From NCBI RefSeq assembly GCF_001194135.2, contig NC_069003.1, forward strand, positions 32,022,089 through 32,086,088: 64,000 nt of DNA. Reading direction: 5' to 3'. The position numbers and the translations under genes are program-made. Shown in pieces: positions 1-13,012 of this stretch (position 1 is its first letter; every line of letters begins with the position of its first letter). Under the pieces are notes generated by a model. That model had not been told where the DNA came from. It did not search any database and was given only the letters and a program-made list of their open reading frames with translations. Source of the DNA: Octopus bimaculoides (Eukaryota).

Positions 1-660
1 ATTGTCATTCGAGCCCAAAGAATTAGAGGATCTGCTCATGTGGCAGATTGCTTTCCACCATTTAGCCATAATCGTATTCTTGAGTAAACTAATGGGGTGG
101 CAAATTTTATCAAGTAGTAACTGTGTTGGAGTTGGACAGATGGAGCCTTTAGGTACTGCCTCTTCTATTACATTGGGGTCACCTAAAGGGGACAAACTGG
201 TGTGCATTCGGAGTGGGGCTGCCACAGGTCAGCATGTATATATTCAATCTTTACCTCATTCTTATGACAGTTCAGTTGTTACAGATCCAAAGTGGAAAAA
301 CCTGGAAGGTTCCTTTCAGGAAGTGAACCTTGATAAGCTAGTCGGTCGGAGTTTTATAATCAAAATTGAATTTCTCATGGCTACGTTAATGTCATAAAGC
401 ATATCAACTAAAAACCTCTGGATATCTTTCTGCAGTGACTGACTAACGTGTCAAACCATGTTCCAATTTTTGAGATGATGGCACTAGTATGAAGGATATT
501 ATATCATATCAAATATTCTTAATATTGTATTTCCATACATTGATTAGGATTAAGTATATCTCTATTGTCATATAGTAGCCATCAATGTCATTCGGTCCAA
601 AATCCATGGATGCTGCAGTTTATGCTGATCTGGATTTACTGGTGTGAAAAATCATGATAT
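1..660 (-). mobile_element. Heavily degraded non-LTR retrotransposon (LINE) reverse transcriptase fragment
   Basis: Minus-strand translation across frameshifts gives RT-like segments in the expected order: FGPNDIDGYY (cf. PGPDGI), ILVPIISKIG, RLAYQGSLPERNLPGF..STLD (cf. LLPEEQAGFR..STLD), EEAVPKGSI (cf. GVPQGS). Multiple stops. The + ORF 2..397 is its antisense shadow. Confidence 0.5.
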
Positions 661-772
661 TGTAAATATATCCTTTTGAAATTACTCACAAAGGACAAAG
701 ATATATAGACGTGTCTGTATGTATATATATGTGTATGTATATACATATATATGTATACATATATGTATGTAT

Positions 773-809
<37 letters not shown>

Positions 810-3455
810 GGTATGTATGTATACATACATATATGTATACATATGTATGTATATATATATAATGTTTATGTTTAACTCGATATATTCCATGATCATTATA
901 CATATTTAATAATATCAATACAGTTTCTGCTCTATTGGTATTTTCTAGAGAAAGTTAGGGGTGTTTTATGTTGTTGGTTTTATTTCCCTTTTTTTTTTTA
1001 AACTCACCATAAAGAAATTTATAATTTCTGTAACTTTAAACTACAAATTCCTTTCGGAATCATCACATGCTGGTAATTAATAAATGCTGCAAAAATGGTA
1101 ATCTAGAAGACTGGATGAAAGTGTCAATGGAAGCAATAAACCAGTGCATTTGGTGTAATGTTTTGTTTTATTTTTTAAATTCATTTTCTTCAAGTTTTAT
1201 TTTAATTTTATTTTTGTCTGAACCCTTTAGCATTCAGATTACTCAACCAAATGTAATGTGCATTTATTTACATTGTTCTGAATTAATCATGCATTGTTTT
1301 GTAGCTTCAAGGTCTTAATGATGTTTATTGCATATTTTTAGAATTACTGTTTTGGCTAAAGAGTTAAAGCAGTGGTTCTCAACCAGGATCCACACAACAA
1401 AATGGTGAATTGGGGATCCACAATAATATTTTAAGGTCCCCACTGAAAAAACTTTGCTCTAAATGTATTTATTGGTATGCATTACAAGAAACAGCTAGAT
1501 TTCTTTCTCTAACATTTTACATAGTTCAACCTGCAGAAATTAACGTGTGAAAAACAAAATAGGAATTTTGAAAGCAATTTCTATAAAATTAGTTTTTATA
1601 CATAAAATAGCTATGGGGATCCACCTGGATGATATAGTAATCAAAGGAGTTTGATGGATAAAAATTGTTGAGAGCCCTTAAAGTAAAGTATAATTTTATT
1701 AAAAATTGTATGCTGAATGTCATTAGATAATTCATTTTCAGTAATTGTCCTGTCTGTTGTTGTTGATTACTCTCTGATCAGCTTTGATTAAGCTGAACTA
1801 TGATCAGAGATGTTCCAGCCATGGTCTTGTTGTTAGGATGTTGCACTCACCATCACAAAGGTCATAGTTTTGATTCCTAGATCAGTGGTGTGTTATGGTC
1901 TTGAGCAAAACACTTCATTTCATGTTACTCCATTCCACTCAGCTGTAACCCTGCAATGGACTTATATCCTGTTCAGTGGAAATAATGGCCTGCCCACCTG
2001 GCCAGTGGGGTAACATTACTCGATTGCTGCAACGATGCAAGGAAGCACATTGTGATCAGCGGTGTATAACCACATTTGATAGTCTGGTCAATACAGTGAT
2101 GGTGATATTATCCAATATGTGCCTTCACTTTTAGTACTGTAGGCCAGTGGTTCCTAGCCTAGGATCCAGGATGGTTGGATAATATCCATAATCTCAGTTG
2201 GTCATGCTTGGAAATCCAGCCAGAAAGTGTAATGTTGGTTGCTTCTGACAGGACCCTATGGGGAAAGTGCCTGAAGATTCTACCCCCATGACTTTCCCAG
2301 GAATAGTGGGTGGAGAAGATGGCTTGATTGATGGATGGAGAATGATCGCTTGATCAATAGATGGATATCATAAGGCATTCATGTCTGTCTCAACAAACCA
2401 ATAAGAGTGTCAGTAGTAATAACATTTTTACTAAAGGTACAAGGCCTGAAATTTTGGGAAAGGGGCCTAGTCAATTACATCAACCCAGTGTTTAACTGGT
2501 ACTCAATTTATCAACCCTCAAAGGATGAAAGGCTAAGTCGACCTCACCAGAACTTGAACTCAGAATGTAAAGATAGATGAAATACTGCTAAGCATTTAGC
2601 CCAGCATGCCACCTTAGTGATTCTAGTAATAACATCTTTGAAATCATCAGATATGAAATTTAAGGATGTGTACTTCAGGCAGAGTTTTGAAAAAGAACTT
2701 TATTCCAAATAATGACTGAAAGGCTGGTTCAATATTAGGAATTGGAGTAAAGTCTAAACAAATTTTGTGATTAATTCCTACTTTGAACTCACCTTATATT
2801 CGTGAATTTCCATTTGGTTTTGGTACAATATCAGGGGATACACACTTGCTACCACAAGGCGCAAAATGCTCTTATATATCTTTTTACTTCCTTCAGTCAC
2901 TGGACTGCGGCCATGCTGTGGCGCCACCTTGAAGGGCTTAGCCAAACAAATCAATCCAGTACTTGGTTTTCCTTTTTTAAGCCTAGTATTTACTCTGTTT
3001 GGTCTCTTTTTCTGAATCACTAAATTATAAGGGCATAAACAAACCGACACTATTCATCAAGTGATGATGAGTGACAAACACAAAGGCACACAGTTTCTGC
3101 CTACCAAATCTAAGTGCGAAGCTTTGGTCGCCTCAGGGCGATAACGGAAGACACTTATCCAAGGTGCTATGCAGTGGGACTGAACCCAAAACCGCAAAGT
3201 CACACCTGCGCCCTGTTCAACCATTTTGCATAATTTTACAACTATTAATGAGAAAGATATGAATTGGCAATTTGTGAGCTTCAACGTGTAAATAATGTAT
3301 ATTTTCTTCTAAATTTATTGGTTTATAAAATTTAAGACCACCATTATCTTCAACGTCAATATTTCCATCGATAAACGCAGTAACGCAGAGTTATCCCTCT
3401 TTACGTGCAATTCGCAACTTGTACATTTCACTCAAGTGATATAAACCCGACGACG

Positions 3456-5098
3456 ATGTATATTTTTGTCAGGTATATTACAAGGAGCCTCTACATAACG
3501 TGTCGACCTGATAGCAGACGTCAAATGTTAATCGGATCAAACATTTATAAAGAAGAAAGATACGTTAGATAATATTCTAGGCATATTAAGAATAAAAAAT
3601 ATCAAAATAAAATCAATCATTTTCAATCTTTAGTTCGCCCACATCAGATCTTATTTTTTATATTACATCTGTTACGTTATGTTTGTAGCTTCTTGTTGTT
3701 CAATCCTCTATAAGCAGAACTAATACCAAAAGCCGTCCAGTTGTGACCACCCTACCTTTATATAGAATCGATATTTTCTACTTCTGCAATACTTTTTCAG
3801 TATCTGCTGTAGGCATGTTTTTTTTTTCTTTTCATATCCACCTCCAAAAGTATTTGATTATTGATCTATAAAGAGATATTTGATGAAATATGGGGAAAAT
3901 TAAGGGAATCTGAAGAATTGCCTTTTGTAAGAAATGTCACTAAGAGTATCTCCACTTCTCACAGCATATGGAGAATATGCTTAGAAGGTTTCTTGTCAGG
4001 ATTGTGGGGGTAAAACTGCTTTCTGCAGTTAACAGAGATAAAAGTTTGAGCACAGATACTACTCTACCTGGTACTTAGCCATCATCTGTCTCCTGCTCTC
4101 TTTTGTAATCTTGCTGTCTCCCACTCTCTTTCTCTCTCTCCAGCTCTTCCTTCAGGCTGGGTAACCATGTGGCACCTTTATAACAACACACCCGTTTCTG
4201 TCCTCATTCCTGATCTCTCTCTGACTGAATAACTCTGAACCTCCTTCAATGCCCTCTAAAAGAAATTTTGTCTTCCAAGTTACTTGGTGACCCTGCCAGT
4301 GCTGATGCCACATAAAAAGCAATTGGTTCACACTGTAAAATGGTTGGCGTTTGGAAGGGCATCCAGCTGTAAAAACCATACCAAAACTGATCTTGGCTGT
4401 GCTGGTTCCAAGTAAAAAAACACTCAGTCCACTCTACTGGGTGGTTGGTGCTAGGAAGAGCATCCAGCTGTAAAAACCCTGCCAAAACAGACACAGAAGC
4501 CTGGTGCAGGTTCCTGCCTGACTGGCTCCTGTCAAACCATCCAACCCATGCCAGCATGGATGGCAGACATTAAACGATGATGATGATGGTGATGGTGGAC
4601 ATAAAGTTTTAGAAATATGACACCAACAACAAATTGTTTAATTTCATTTTATTGTCAGAACAAAAATAAGTGAATTCACATAGACACATACACAAAAACA
4701 AGATACAAACAGATATAAAGAGACAATAATTAGTTTATTGGATTTGGTGGGGGGGGGGATACAATTTACAAAGAAAATAATTCATGTGTGTGTGTAGGCG
4801 CTTTCTACAAGCAAAAATAAGAGGGAATTGTTTGGGTGTCTTTTACAGACAAAAATGAAGGGAAATGATAAGTGTTTTGTCTCTTTTTTTTTTTTGTTCC
4901 AACAACCATGAACAATGGGAAAGGATTGGTTTATTTAAAGGTCTTTTACAAACAGTATCCAAATTACAAACAAGAAATGATTCTTTTTAATATTTCTTTC
5001 AGTCTTTCACAAATAGTTTTCAATTCATGAACAAAAATAAGGGGAGATGATTGGTTTGTTCAGTTGTCTTTTAGAAACATTATCCAACTATATTGTTT

Positions 5099-5129
<31 letters not shown>

Positions 5130-5795
5130 ATATATATATAAAATTTTGATTTATTAATTTTATACAGAATGATACCTAAATGTATTGATGACGGTATAAA
5201 AACTGAGTTTCTCTTGGTAAGTAATTTAGGTCAAGCTTTTCATTAAAAAAAGCTTTTATTCATTAAGTCTGTTTGGTGAGAAAACAATGCCCATACTCTT
5301 CTAGGACATTGAGGTTTTATAGAACCATGAATGTTATAAACTACCAATTCACAATGTTCAGATTTCAGGATTTTTTACCTTTCCATTCATTATTTTTTTT
5401 CTTTTAAATGCAATTATTTCATTAACTGACGACCGACCAATAAGACAGACACAGAGTACACTCTCAATATACCTTACTTCTAGTTAACCTATTCCAGAAG
5501 CAACAGTATTTAGCTGATTCCAAAGACACCTGTGTCCACGTTGAGAAGCAGCCATCAGGTATGTATGTAGGTAGTAGTAGTAGTAGTAGTAGTAGAGTAA
5601 GCCCACATTGAGATATGCTCATTGGTAGTAGTAGTAGTAGTAGTAGTAGCAGTAGTAGTGGTCAGCATTTCCTGCCAGTCGCTGTTAACAACACTTAAAG
5701 AGCAGAGCAGTGTGCTTCTTTTTCTATCATGTTAACTGTGTGTCTTGTTTGTTCTAGCACCTATAATAGAAGATGTACCAGCGCCTCCAAGGTAA
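3456..5795 (+). CDS. Tentative unannotated small spliced gene, join(3456..3472,5168..5216,5498..5558,5758..5795), 54 aa MYIFVRMIPKCIDDGIKTEFLLKQQYLADSKDTCVHVEKQPSAPIIEDVPAPPR
   Basis: Donors AG|GTATAT, TG|GTAAGT, AG|GTATGT; acceptors tttatacag, cctattccag, tcttgtttgttctag; phases 2/0/1 join with no stop; 165 nt total; TAA at 5793-5795; AATAAA at 5809-5814. No homology recognised. Confidence 0.4.
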
Positions 5796-6581
5796 TCAGA
5801 GGTGTGGAAATAAAGCTGGTTAATTACTTCATTAAAATACATGAAATGAATTTACACAAAGATCTGAAGTGATTCAGATGTCTCACAGTCGGTAAAATAT
5901 ATTGAAGAGAAATATCTTGTACTGTACTGGATACGTTTTCGTGTGTCTGTGCATGCATGTCTAAGGAACATCATTGTATATAATAAAATACAATTCTGAT
6001 GCTGACTTAAATATTGAGGAATGTCTATAGTAGACCATTCATTTTACCAATATATATATATATATAGATAGATATTATTTGAAACATTTTCATTTGGCCC
6101 TAGAACATTATTAAGTTGCATGGGCCAAAATTAAAATTTTAAAAATAATATGTGTAACTCCTACTAAACGTGTTTGTTAGTCTACTCACTCGTATACACA
6201 CACACACACATATATATTCTTTATTTCTTTTATTCTGTTACTTGTTTCAGTCATGTGACTTTATATATATAAAGTCTCTACACTCTCTGAGTGGTTGGTG
6301 TTAGGAAGGGCATCCAGCTGTAGAAACTCTGCCAAATTAGATTGGAGCCTGGTGTTGCCATCCGGTTTCACCAGTCCTCAGTCAAATCGTCCAACCCATG
6401 CTAGCATGGAAAGCGGACGTTAAACGATGATGATGATGATGATGATGAAAGTGTATAGAAATCTTCAAAAGAATTCTGGAAGTTACCAATATTACATTTA
6501 GGACATAATTTCCTTTTAGTGTATCAACAAATATCACATTTATTTTTTGAAGTGGTGTTTCACAAGAAGTGAAGAATAAAT

Positions 6582-7545
6582 NNNNNNNNNNNNNNNNNNN
6601 NNNNNNNNNNNNNNNNNNNNNNNNNNNNNNNNNNNNNNNNNNNNNNNNNNNNNNNNNNNNNNNNNNNNNNNNNNNNNNNNNNNNNNNNNNNNNNNNNNNN
6701 NNNNNNNNNNNNNNNNNNNNNNNNNNNNNNNNNNNNNNNNNNNNNNNNNNNNNNNNNNNNNNNNNNNNNNNNNNNNNNNNNNNNNNNNNNNNNNNNNNNN
6801 NNNNNNNNNNNNNNNNNNNNNNNNNNNNNNNNNNNNNNNNNNNNNNNNNNNNNNNNNNNNNNNNNNNNNNNNNNNNNNNNNNNNNNNNNNNNNNNNNNNN
6901 NNNNNNNNNNNNNNNNNNNNNNNNNNNNNNNNNNNNNNNNNNNNNNNNNNNNNNNNNNNNNNNNNNNNNNNNNNNNNNNNNNNNNNNNNNNNNNNNNNNN
7001 NNNNNNNNNNNNNNNNNNNNNNNNNNNNNNNNNNNNNNNNNNNNNNNNNNNNNNNNNNNNNNNNNNNNNNNNNNNNNNNNNNNNNNNNNNNNNNNNNNNN
7101 NNNNNNNNNNNNNNNNNNNNNNNNNNNNNNNNNNNNNNNNNNNNNNNNNNNNNNNNNNNNNNNNNNNNNNNNNNNNNNNNNNNNNNNNNNNNNNNNNNNN
7201 NNNNNNNNNNNNNNNNNNNNNNNNNNNNNNNNNNNNNNNNNNNNNNNNNNNNNNNNNNNNNNNNNNNNNNNNNNNNNNNNNNNNNNNNNNNNNNNNNNNN
7301 NNNNNNNNNNNNNNNNNNNNNNNNNNNNNNNNNNNNNNNNNNNNNNNNNNNNNNNNNNNNNNNNNNNNNNNNNNNNNNNNNNNNNNNNNNNNNNNNNNNN
7401 NNNNNNNNNNNNNNNNNNNNNNNNNNNNNNNNNNNNNNNNNNNNNNNNNNNNNNNNNNNNNNNNNNNNNNNNNNNNNNNNNNNNNNNNNNNNNNNNNNNN
7501 NNNNNNNNNNNNNNNNNNNNNNNNNNNNNNNNNNNNNNNNNNNNN
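6582..7545. other. Assembly gap (N run); others at 11889-12051, 12886-12991, 18999-19187, 24376-24395, 27411-27710, 35952-35966, 50998-51283, 52549-53029
   Basis: Runs of n. Confidence 1.
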
Positions 7546-8057
7546 CAACTGGATGCTTAACCACAGGAGATCATTAGGGGGACACTTTATTGCATTGTTA
7601 CAGAGATCAAATGTCTGAAGGCAGACTTGGATGAGGATATTCTATGCAGAGCTCTAAAACCTTAAGTAGCATTCGTACGTCTAATTGTCGACAAGGATAT
7701 CCAGCCATAGAAACCAAGCCAAAACACACAACTGGAACCTGGTGCATCTCGCCAGCTTTAGTCTAACCGTCCAACCCATGCCAGCATGGAAAACATATGT
7801 TAAATGTTGTTGAAGATGATATATATATATATATATCTTTTATCTTTTACTTGTTTCAATCATTAGACTGTGGCCATACTGGGGCACCTTAAAAGAAGCA
7901 ACAGAGAGACTCGAGGTCCAAGAGTCTTGTGCATTGGCACTTACCAAACTAGTTTGATAAGTGCCAGACCTTGAGTCACTCTGTTGCTTCTGCTAAATAT
8001 TAAAAATATAAATATACTCATATTTTGAGTTCTATTTTTCCTGTTTGCATCAACATA

Positions 8058-8097
<40 letters not shown>

Positions 8098-9133
8098 TCA
8101 TCATCATCATTTAATGAATGTCTTCCATGCTGGCAAGCCAGAGGATTGCACCAAGCTCTTCTGTCAGTTTTGGCATGGTTTCTACAGCTGAATGTTCTTC
8201 CAGTTAAAAACCTTTGCCTGTTTTGCAAGTGATTAGTTTATTCCACTCATCTTCAAACAATCCAATTTGTAAATTTGGAATGTCAATGTAACACCAGTGT
8301 TTTGCTCAAGGGAATGTAAACATCTACACACATACACAATGTGCTTCGATACAGTTTCCATCTACCAATTCTGCTTTGAAGAAAGCACTCGCCCAAGGTG
8401 CCTTGCAGTGACAGAGAACTCAAGACCATGTGGTTACGATACAAACTCTGTATTCACACAGCTATACCTGAACAATGAGGATTACTATAGGCATGATTAT
8501 TGCTTGCTGAAAACTCTGATTATGTGTGTGAGTGCATGGGTGTGAGTACATACATATATATATACGCATATATATTTACTTAGTTCTTCAGATGATTTAA
8601 ACAGTTTAGTTATATGGTTATCTTGGTGCACAGCTAAAAAATATCAGACTCAGTGAAGTAGTAGAGCATTATTTCATGCATCACTTCTCATAATCTAAAT
8701 AATCAACAGTGAATCTGTACATTAAATACATAACTATCTGAATAAGTTGTTAATAAGATCATTTTTTCAAACTAGTAACCTCATCTTTAGAGGTAAAGCA
8801 TTTTTATTTTTATATTGACATCTAGATAACATTTCAGTTAGTTTGATCTCAGGTCACCGTCAGATGTTTTATTCCCGGATAAATAAATAGGTGGGGGTCT
8901 AGTACACAAGCAAAAAAAATAAAAATCCTCATTTCACTAACCATCAAAAGATCATTGTCCTAGACTAAGAATAGAAGGAAAATGAAAATAGTTTGGGGAA
9001 CAGAAAAAATAAACAAAAAAACATTTCTGGGGTGAAAACACTTCCACCGAGTTATTTGCCTATCAGAACCATTAAAAAAAAAAAAAAAAAAAAAATTCTT
9101 TGGTGTGCATATACATATATAATCTTTTATTTT

Positions 9134-9351
9134 TCAAACAAATCTCCTCTTACGTTTGTTGGGAGCTCCGTCCACTCCGGGAGTTTGTCCTTGTCGAGTA
9201 CGTTTCCGCTTCGAGCTTTCACTTGTGTTTGAAGAAAGGGTGGAGACCAGAGAAGTTGAGGAGGAAGAGGAGGGGGAGTACGATGTACTGCCAGAATTGC
9301 TTGTATTCGATAAAGAACTGGAAATGTCTTTAAGCTGAATTTTATGCAAAC
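9134..9351 (-). CDS. MRGBP: MRGBP last coding exon (Ser-rich, bipartite-NLS-like basic tail, TGA stop)
   Basis: Acceptor tttttctttggcag is phase-compatible; ends KRKRTRQGQTPGVDGAPNKRKRRFV*. Confidence 0.85.
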
Positions 9352-9446
9352 CTGCCAAAGAAAAATCGACAAGAAATCGTGTAACACTGGTAAATCTATA
9401 ATAACTAGATTATTAAAATGCAGAAAGAAAAAGAATAAGGCATGGC

Positions 9447-9750
9447 ACATGAAAAGTCATTCGAGCGAGATCGTTGCCAGTGCCACTGGACTGGCTCCTG
9501 TGCAGGTGGCACGTAAAATACACCATTTTGAGCATGGCCGTTGCCAGTACCGCCTGACTGGCCTTTGTGCCGGTGGCACGTAACAGCACCCACTACACTT
9601 TCGGAGTGGTTGGCGTTAGGAAGGGCATCCAGCTGTAGAAACTCTGCCAAATCAGATTGGAGCCTGGTGTAGCCATCTGGTTTCACCAGTCCTCAGTCAA
9701 ATCGTCCAACCCATGCTAGCATGGAAAGCGGACGTTAAACGATGATGATA
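9447..9750 (+). mobile_element. Young SINE-like repeat with (GAT)n tail (family C); other copies about 4250-4590, 6285-6447, 7690-7815, 14215-14410(-), 16305-16420(-), 28950-29270, 31590-31730(-), 54325-54495
   Basis: 6285-6447 and 9597-9750 are nearly identical; common 3' end ccaacccatgctagcatggaaagcggacgttaaacgatgatgat. Confidence 0.8.
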
Positions 9751-9965
9751 TATATATATGATAGGCTTTCATTTTCCATCTATCAAATCCATTCACTAAG
9801 CTTTGGTTGGTCTGAGGCTATAGTAGAAGACACTTACCCAAGATGCCATACAGTGGGACTGAACCCAGAACTACGGGGTTGGGAAGCGAGTTTCTTACCA
9901 CACAACCACTCATTAATAAAAAAAATATGAATTTTTCTACAAAAAAATCCCATTAAATGTCCTAC

Positions 9966-10155
9966 CTTTTTCTTCGGTCTTTATATCAGCTGTGCTCAAT
10001 AATCTACTTGTTTCACTCGTGTTATTCTCGTCCAGAGAGCTAAAAGCACCAGGTTTGTAACGAGGAAATTCTCCAGACAGAAGGTTGCCATACTCATTGC
10101 CATTCAATTCAAAATCACAGATACGATTAGGGAAAGGAAATATTTCGGACTCGTT
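9966..10155 (-). CDS. MRGBP: MRGBP coding exon 3 (NESEIFPFPNRICDFEL...KTEEK)
   Basis: Acceptor ttttgcag, donor G|GTAGGA, phase 0 to 1; NESEI-PFPN motif. Confidence 0.88.
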
Positions 10156-10433
10156 CTGCAAAACAAATACATAAATGGATAGATATATACCCACATACAC
10201 AATATATATATATATATATATATAATCTTTTTTTTTTACTTGTTGTGGTCACTTGACTGTGGCCATGCTGGAGCACTATCTTAAAGGGTTTTTAGTCAAA
10301 CAAATTGACCCCAGGACTTATTCCTTAAACCTAGTACATATTCTATTGGTCTCTGCTAAGTTACGGTGACATAAAGACACCAACAACAGTTGCCAAATGG
10401 TGATGGGGGGACAAACACACACACATATATATC

Positions 10434-10468
<35 letters not shown>

Positions 10469-10503
10469 ACAGACTTCTTTCAGTTTCTGTCTGAGAAAGA
10501 CTA

Positions 10504-10891
10504 AAGGTGATCTATCAGGATAATGCTCGGCTACAAACAACGAGGATGACATTCCAAAGGCTGGAGCAGTTTGAATGGGAAATGATGCTCCACCCACCGT
10601 ATTTGCCAGACATTGCACCATCTGATTATCATTTATTCTGCAGTCTTCAAAATCATTTGGATGGGGAAAATATGAATTCTGTAGACGAGGTCAGAACAAT
10701 ATTGGAGAAGTATTTTTTGTCACAGGCAAGTGAATTTTGGAAAAGGGGTCTTGCAAGTCTACCAGACAGATGGAAGAGCAGTATAGTAAAAATGAAGGAG
10801 AGTATATTTTAGATTAAAAAAGAACTTTGTTTACCCTAATTTTGAAAAATAAAAGAAGTATAAAAAAATTGCATTATATATGGGATAACCC
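10504..10891 (+). mobile_element. 5'-truncated mariner (DD34D) transposase remnant with 3' terminal repeat, in MRGBP intron 2
   Basis: QDNAR...HPPYLPDIAPSDYHLF with 34 residues between the last two Asp; C-terminus LASLPDRWK; TIR-like end aaattgcattatatatgggataaccc followed by TA. Confidence 0.9.
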
Positions 10892-10987
10892 TATATATAT
10901 ATATATATGTATTTATATATTTGTCATAAAGTGTTAATGTTTTTTTTAAGATTTGAGGAATAAGGTATAGTTTCAATAAAATCTTAC

Positions 10988-11109
10988 CAAAGCCATGAGG
11001 TCATACATTTCTCCCAAATGTTTCCATACATCACTAATAGGAATCTTCTTGCTTGAAGCATTGTTCAATTTTTCATGAATACAAATCATCTGGAAGAACC
11101 GATTTACTC
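10988..11109 (-). CDS. MRGBP: MRGBP coding exon 2 ([15 protein letters not shown]...LGEMYDLMAL)
   Basis: Acceptor tttcag, donor TTG|GTAAGA, phase 1 to 0; conserved Eaf7 domain. Confidence 0.93.
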
Positions 11110-12206
11110 CTGAAATTTCAAATAAAGAAAATGATGATAATTTTTTTCTATTGTTCCGGTGCATCAGATTACGACTTTACTGAATTATTTCATTGTTAAT
11201 TTCACTATCAACACAGTTATCACTAAGGTATAGTTACATAGTTTACACCGTTTCCAATATGTTAAGCTAGTTACGCACACTATACTAAATTTATATTGTT
11301 TATAAATTATATTTATAATATTTACTTAAAATATATAGATTGAAAAAAAAACAAAAGATTTCTTTAAAGCAAATGCAAACCATTTTAACAGAGATGAAAG
11401 AAAAGAAATATTGGCGATCCTTCGGTTACAAGTCTCCTAGATTCAGTGGCTTGTATTACAGTCAATAAAAGAATTTTATACATACATATATTCCGAAACT
11501 TCGAAGTCACTGTCAACACTATTTATGTTAAAGCATAATAGGGACCCCTAATAATAGATATGTACTCTACAAAAAGCATTAGTTCTTCAGTTTAATGTAA
11601 AATTATTATTACAATTCGACATATAAGTATAGGACATAATGCTTGTATGTATGTATACACTCTTTCTTTCATCAAGATTAGCCAAGAAATTGGAATATTT
11701 GTGCATATATAAACATATTCACACACATAGTAATGTATACTTTATTTTAAAAAATGTGTATATATCGATAGATATTACATGAGATCATGAAACTTACAAA
11801 CAACTAATAAAACTAGAAATTCCACGTTTTTATTGTATTGAATATTTTTGTTGCTCTACTTTGTAAACACAAACATTTACCCGATTAGNNNNNNNNNNNN
11901 NNNNNNNNNNNNNNNNNNNNNNNNNNNNNNNNNNNNNNNNNNNNNNNNNNNNNNNNNNNNNNNNNNNNNNNNNNNNNNNNNNNNNNNNNNNNNNNNNNNN
12001 NNNNNNNNNNNNNNNNNNNNNNNNNNNNNNNNNNNNNNNNNNNNNNNNNNNTATATAAGCGTCTGAGTGAATGTGCACTAACATCGAAGGATTGCTTATA
12101 TATATATATATCATAAATTGATTAATCTTTTATCGTTTAAGTTTCACTATTATCATGGAGACACCATGACAGAAATGTACAAGCCTTGTGTATGTATGTG
12201 CTTGCG

Positions 12207-12240
<34 letters not shown>

Positions 12241-12534
12241 TACTGTGAGTAGCAATAGACTGACTCGACTAAATAAAATATATTTAATTTCTACAATGGT
12301 ATTTAGTACTCTGTTCTTCTCACACACTAATCGTGTACGTGTATATATATAAGTATGTATGTGTGCGTACACAATATATATATATATATATATGTGTGTA
12401 TATATATACATACACACACGCAGGATGTCTTGAAAAACTGGTCGTGCTGTAGAGAAAGGTTTAACAACACAATGCCAGCGAACAGTTATTTGAAACGTTT
12501 TCGATTTTGATAAGGATGAATATGAAACACTTAC

Positions 12535-12619
12535 CAACTGGTTTGTGTCCACGCATGGCATGGAACAAGCTGACTTCCATGTCGACACTCCAGTTGAGCG
12601 GATCCACGTTCTCCGCCAT
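12535..12619 (-). CDS. MRGBP: MRGBP coding exon 1 ([28 protein letters not shown])
   Basis: ATG at 12619-12617, donor G|GTAAGT; strong match to the MRGBP N-terminus. Confidence 0.93.
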
Positions 12620-13012
12620 GTTGTCTTGTGTTGTTGATTCAGTGTTGAGAGGGAGGGAGAGGGAGTGAGAGAAAGGGAGAGGGAGTAAGAGAAAGAGGGA
12701 AGGTAGGAGAGGGAGAGAGGGGGGGGAACTTTCATCAACTTGATTATCCAAACAATTAATCTACAAGAATTCCAGCCACCGGAGGACCGTGAATCAATTG
12801 GTAATGGGCCGCATAGAAAGAATATATTTTAAAATTTTATTTCTATTATTTTTACTATCGCAGTTCACAGGGTGACTTTTCATTANNNNNNNNNNNNNNN
12901 NNNNNNNNNNNNNNNNNNNNNNNNNNNNNNNNNNNNNNNNNNNNNNNNNNNNNNNNNNNNNNNNNNNNNNNNNNNNNNNNNNNNNNNNNNNATATATATA
13001 TATATACATACA

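Larger units (their letters stand above)
9134..12619 (-). other. MRGBP: MRGBP gene span (MRG/MORF4L-binding protein, Eaf7 family, NuA4/TIP60 subunit); CDS join complement(9134..9351,9966..10155,10988..11109,12535..12619), 204 aa
   Basis: Eaf7/MRGBP motifs [30 protein letters not shown] and VWKHLGEMYDLMALNESEIFPFPN; basic C-terminus KRKRTRQ..NKRKRR; exon lengths 85+122+190+218=615 nt in frame. Confidence 0.93.

Noticed and set aside
575-645. Possible plus-strand exon PSMSFGPKSMDAAVYADLDLL with faint metaxin/GST-like look
   Set aside because: Weak donor, and the minus strand is better explained as part of the degraded LINE RT.
636-918. ORFs rich in Y/I/C/V/H/T (also 17048-17242, 26808-27105, 31040-31586, 40821-41387, 61079-61622)
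   Set aside because: Translations of (AT)n, (AC)n and (GA)n microsatellites.
3440-3445. TATAAA as TATA box of the candidate small gene
   Set aside because: Only 10 nt upstream of the proposed ATG, too close to be the TATA box for that start.
6382-7618. Long ORFs of 334-388 aa (and similar ones at 27302-27782, 50759-51316, 52389-53142)
   Set aside because: They run through N gaps; artefacts of unknown bases.
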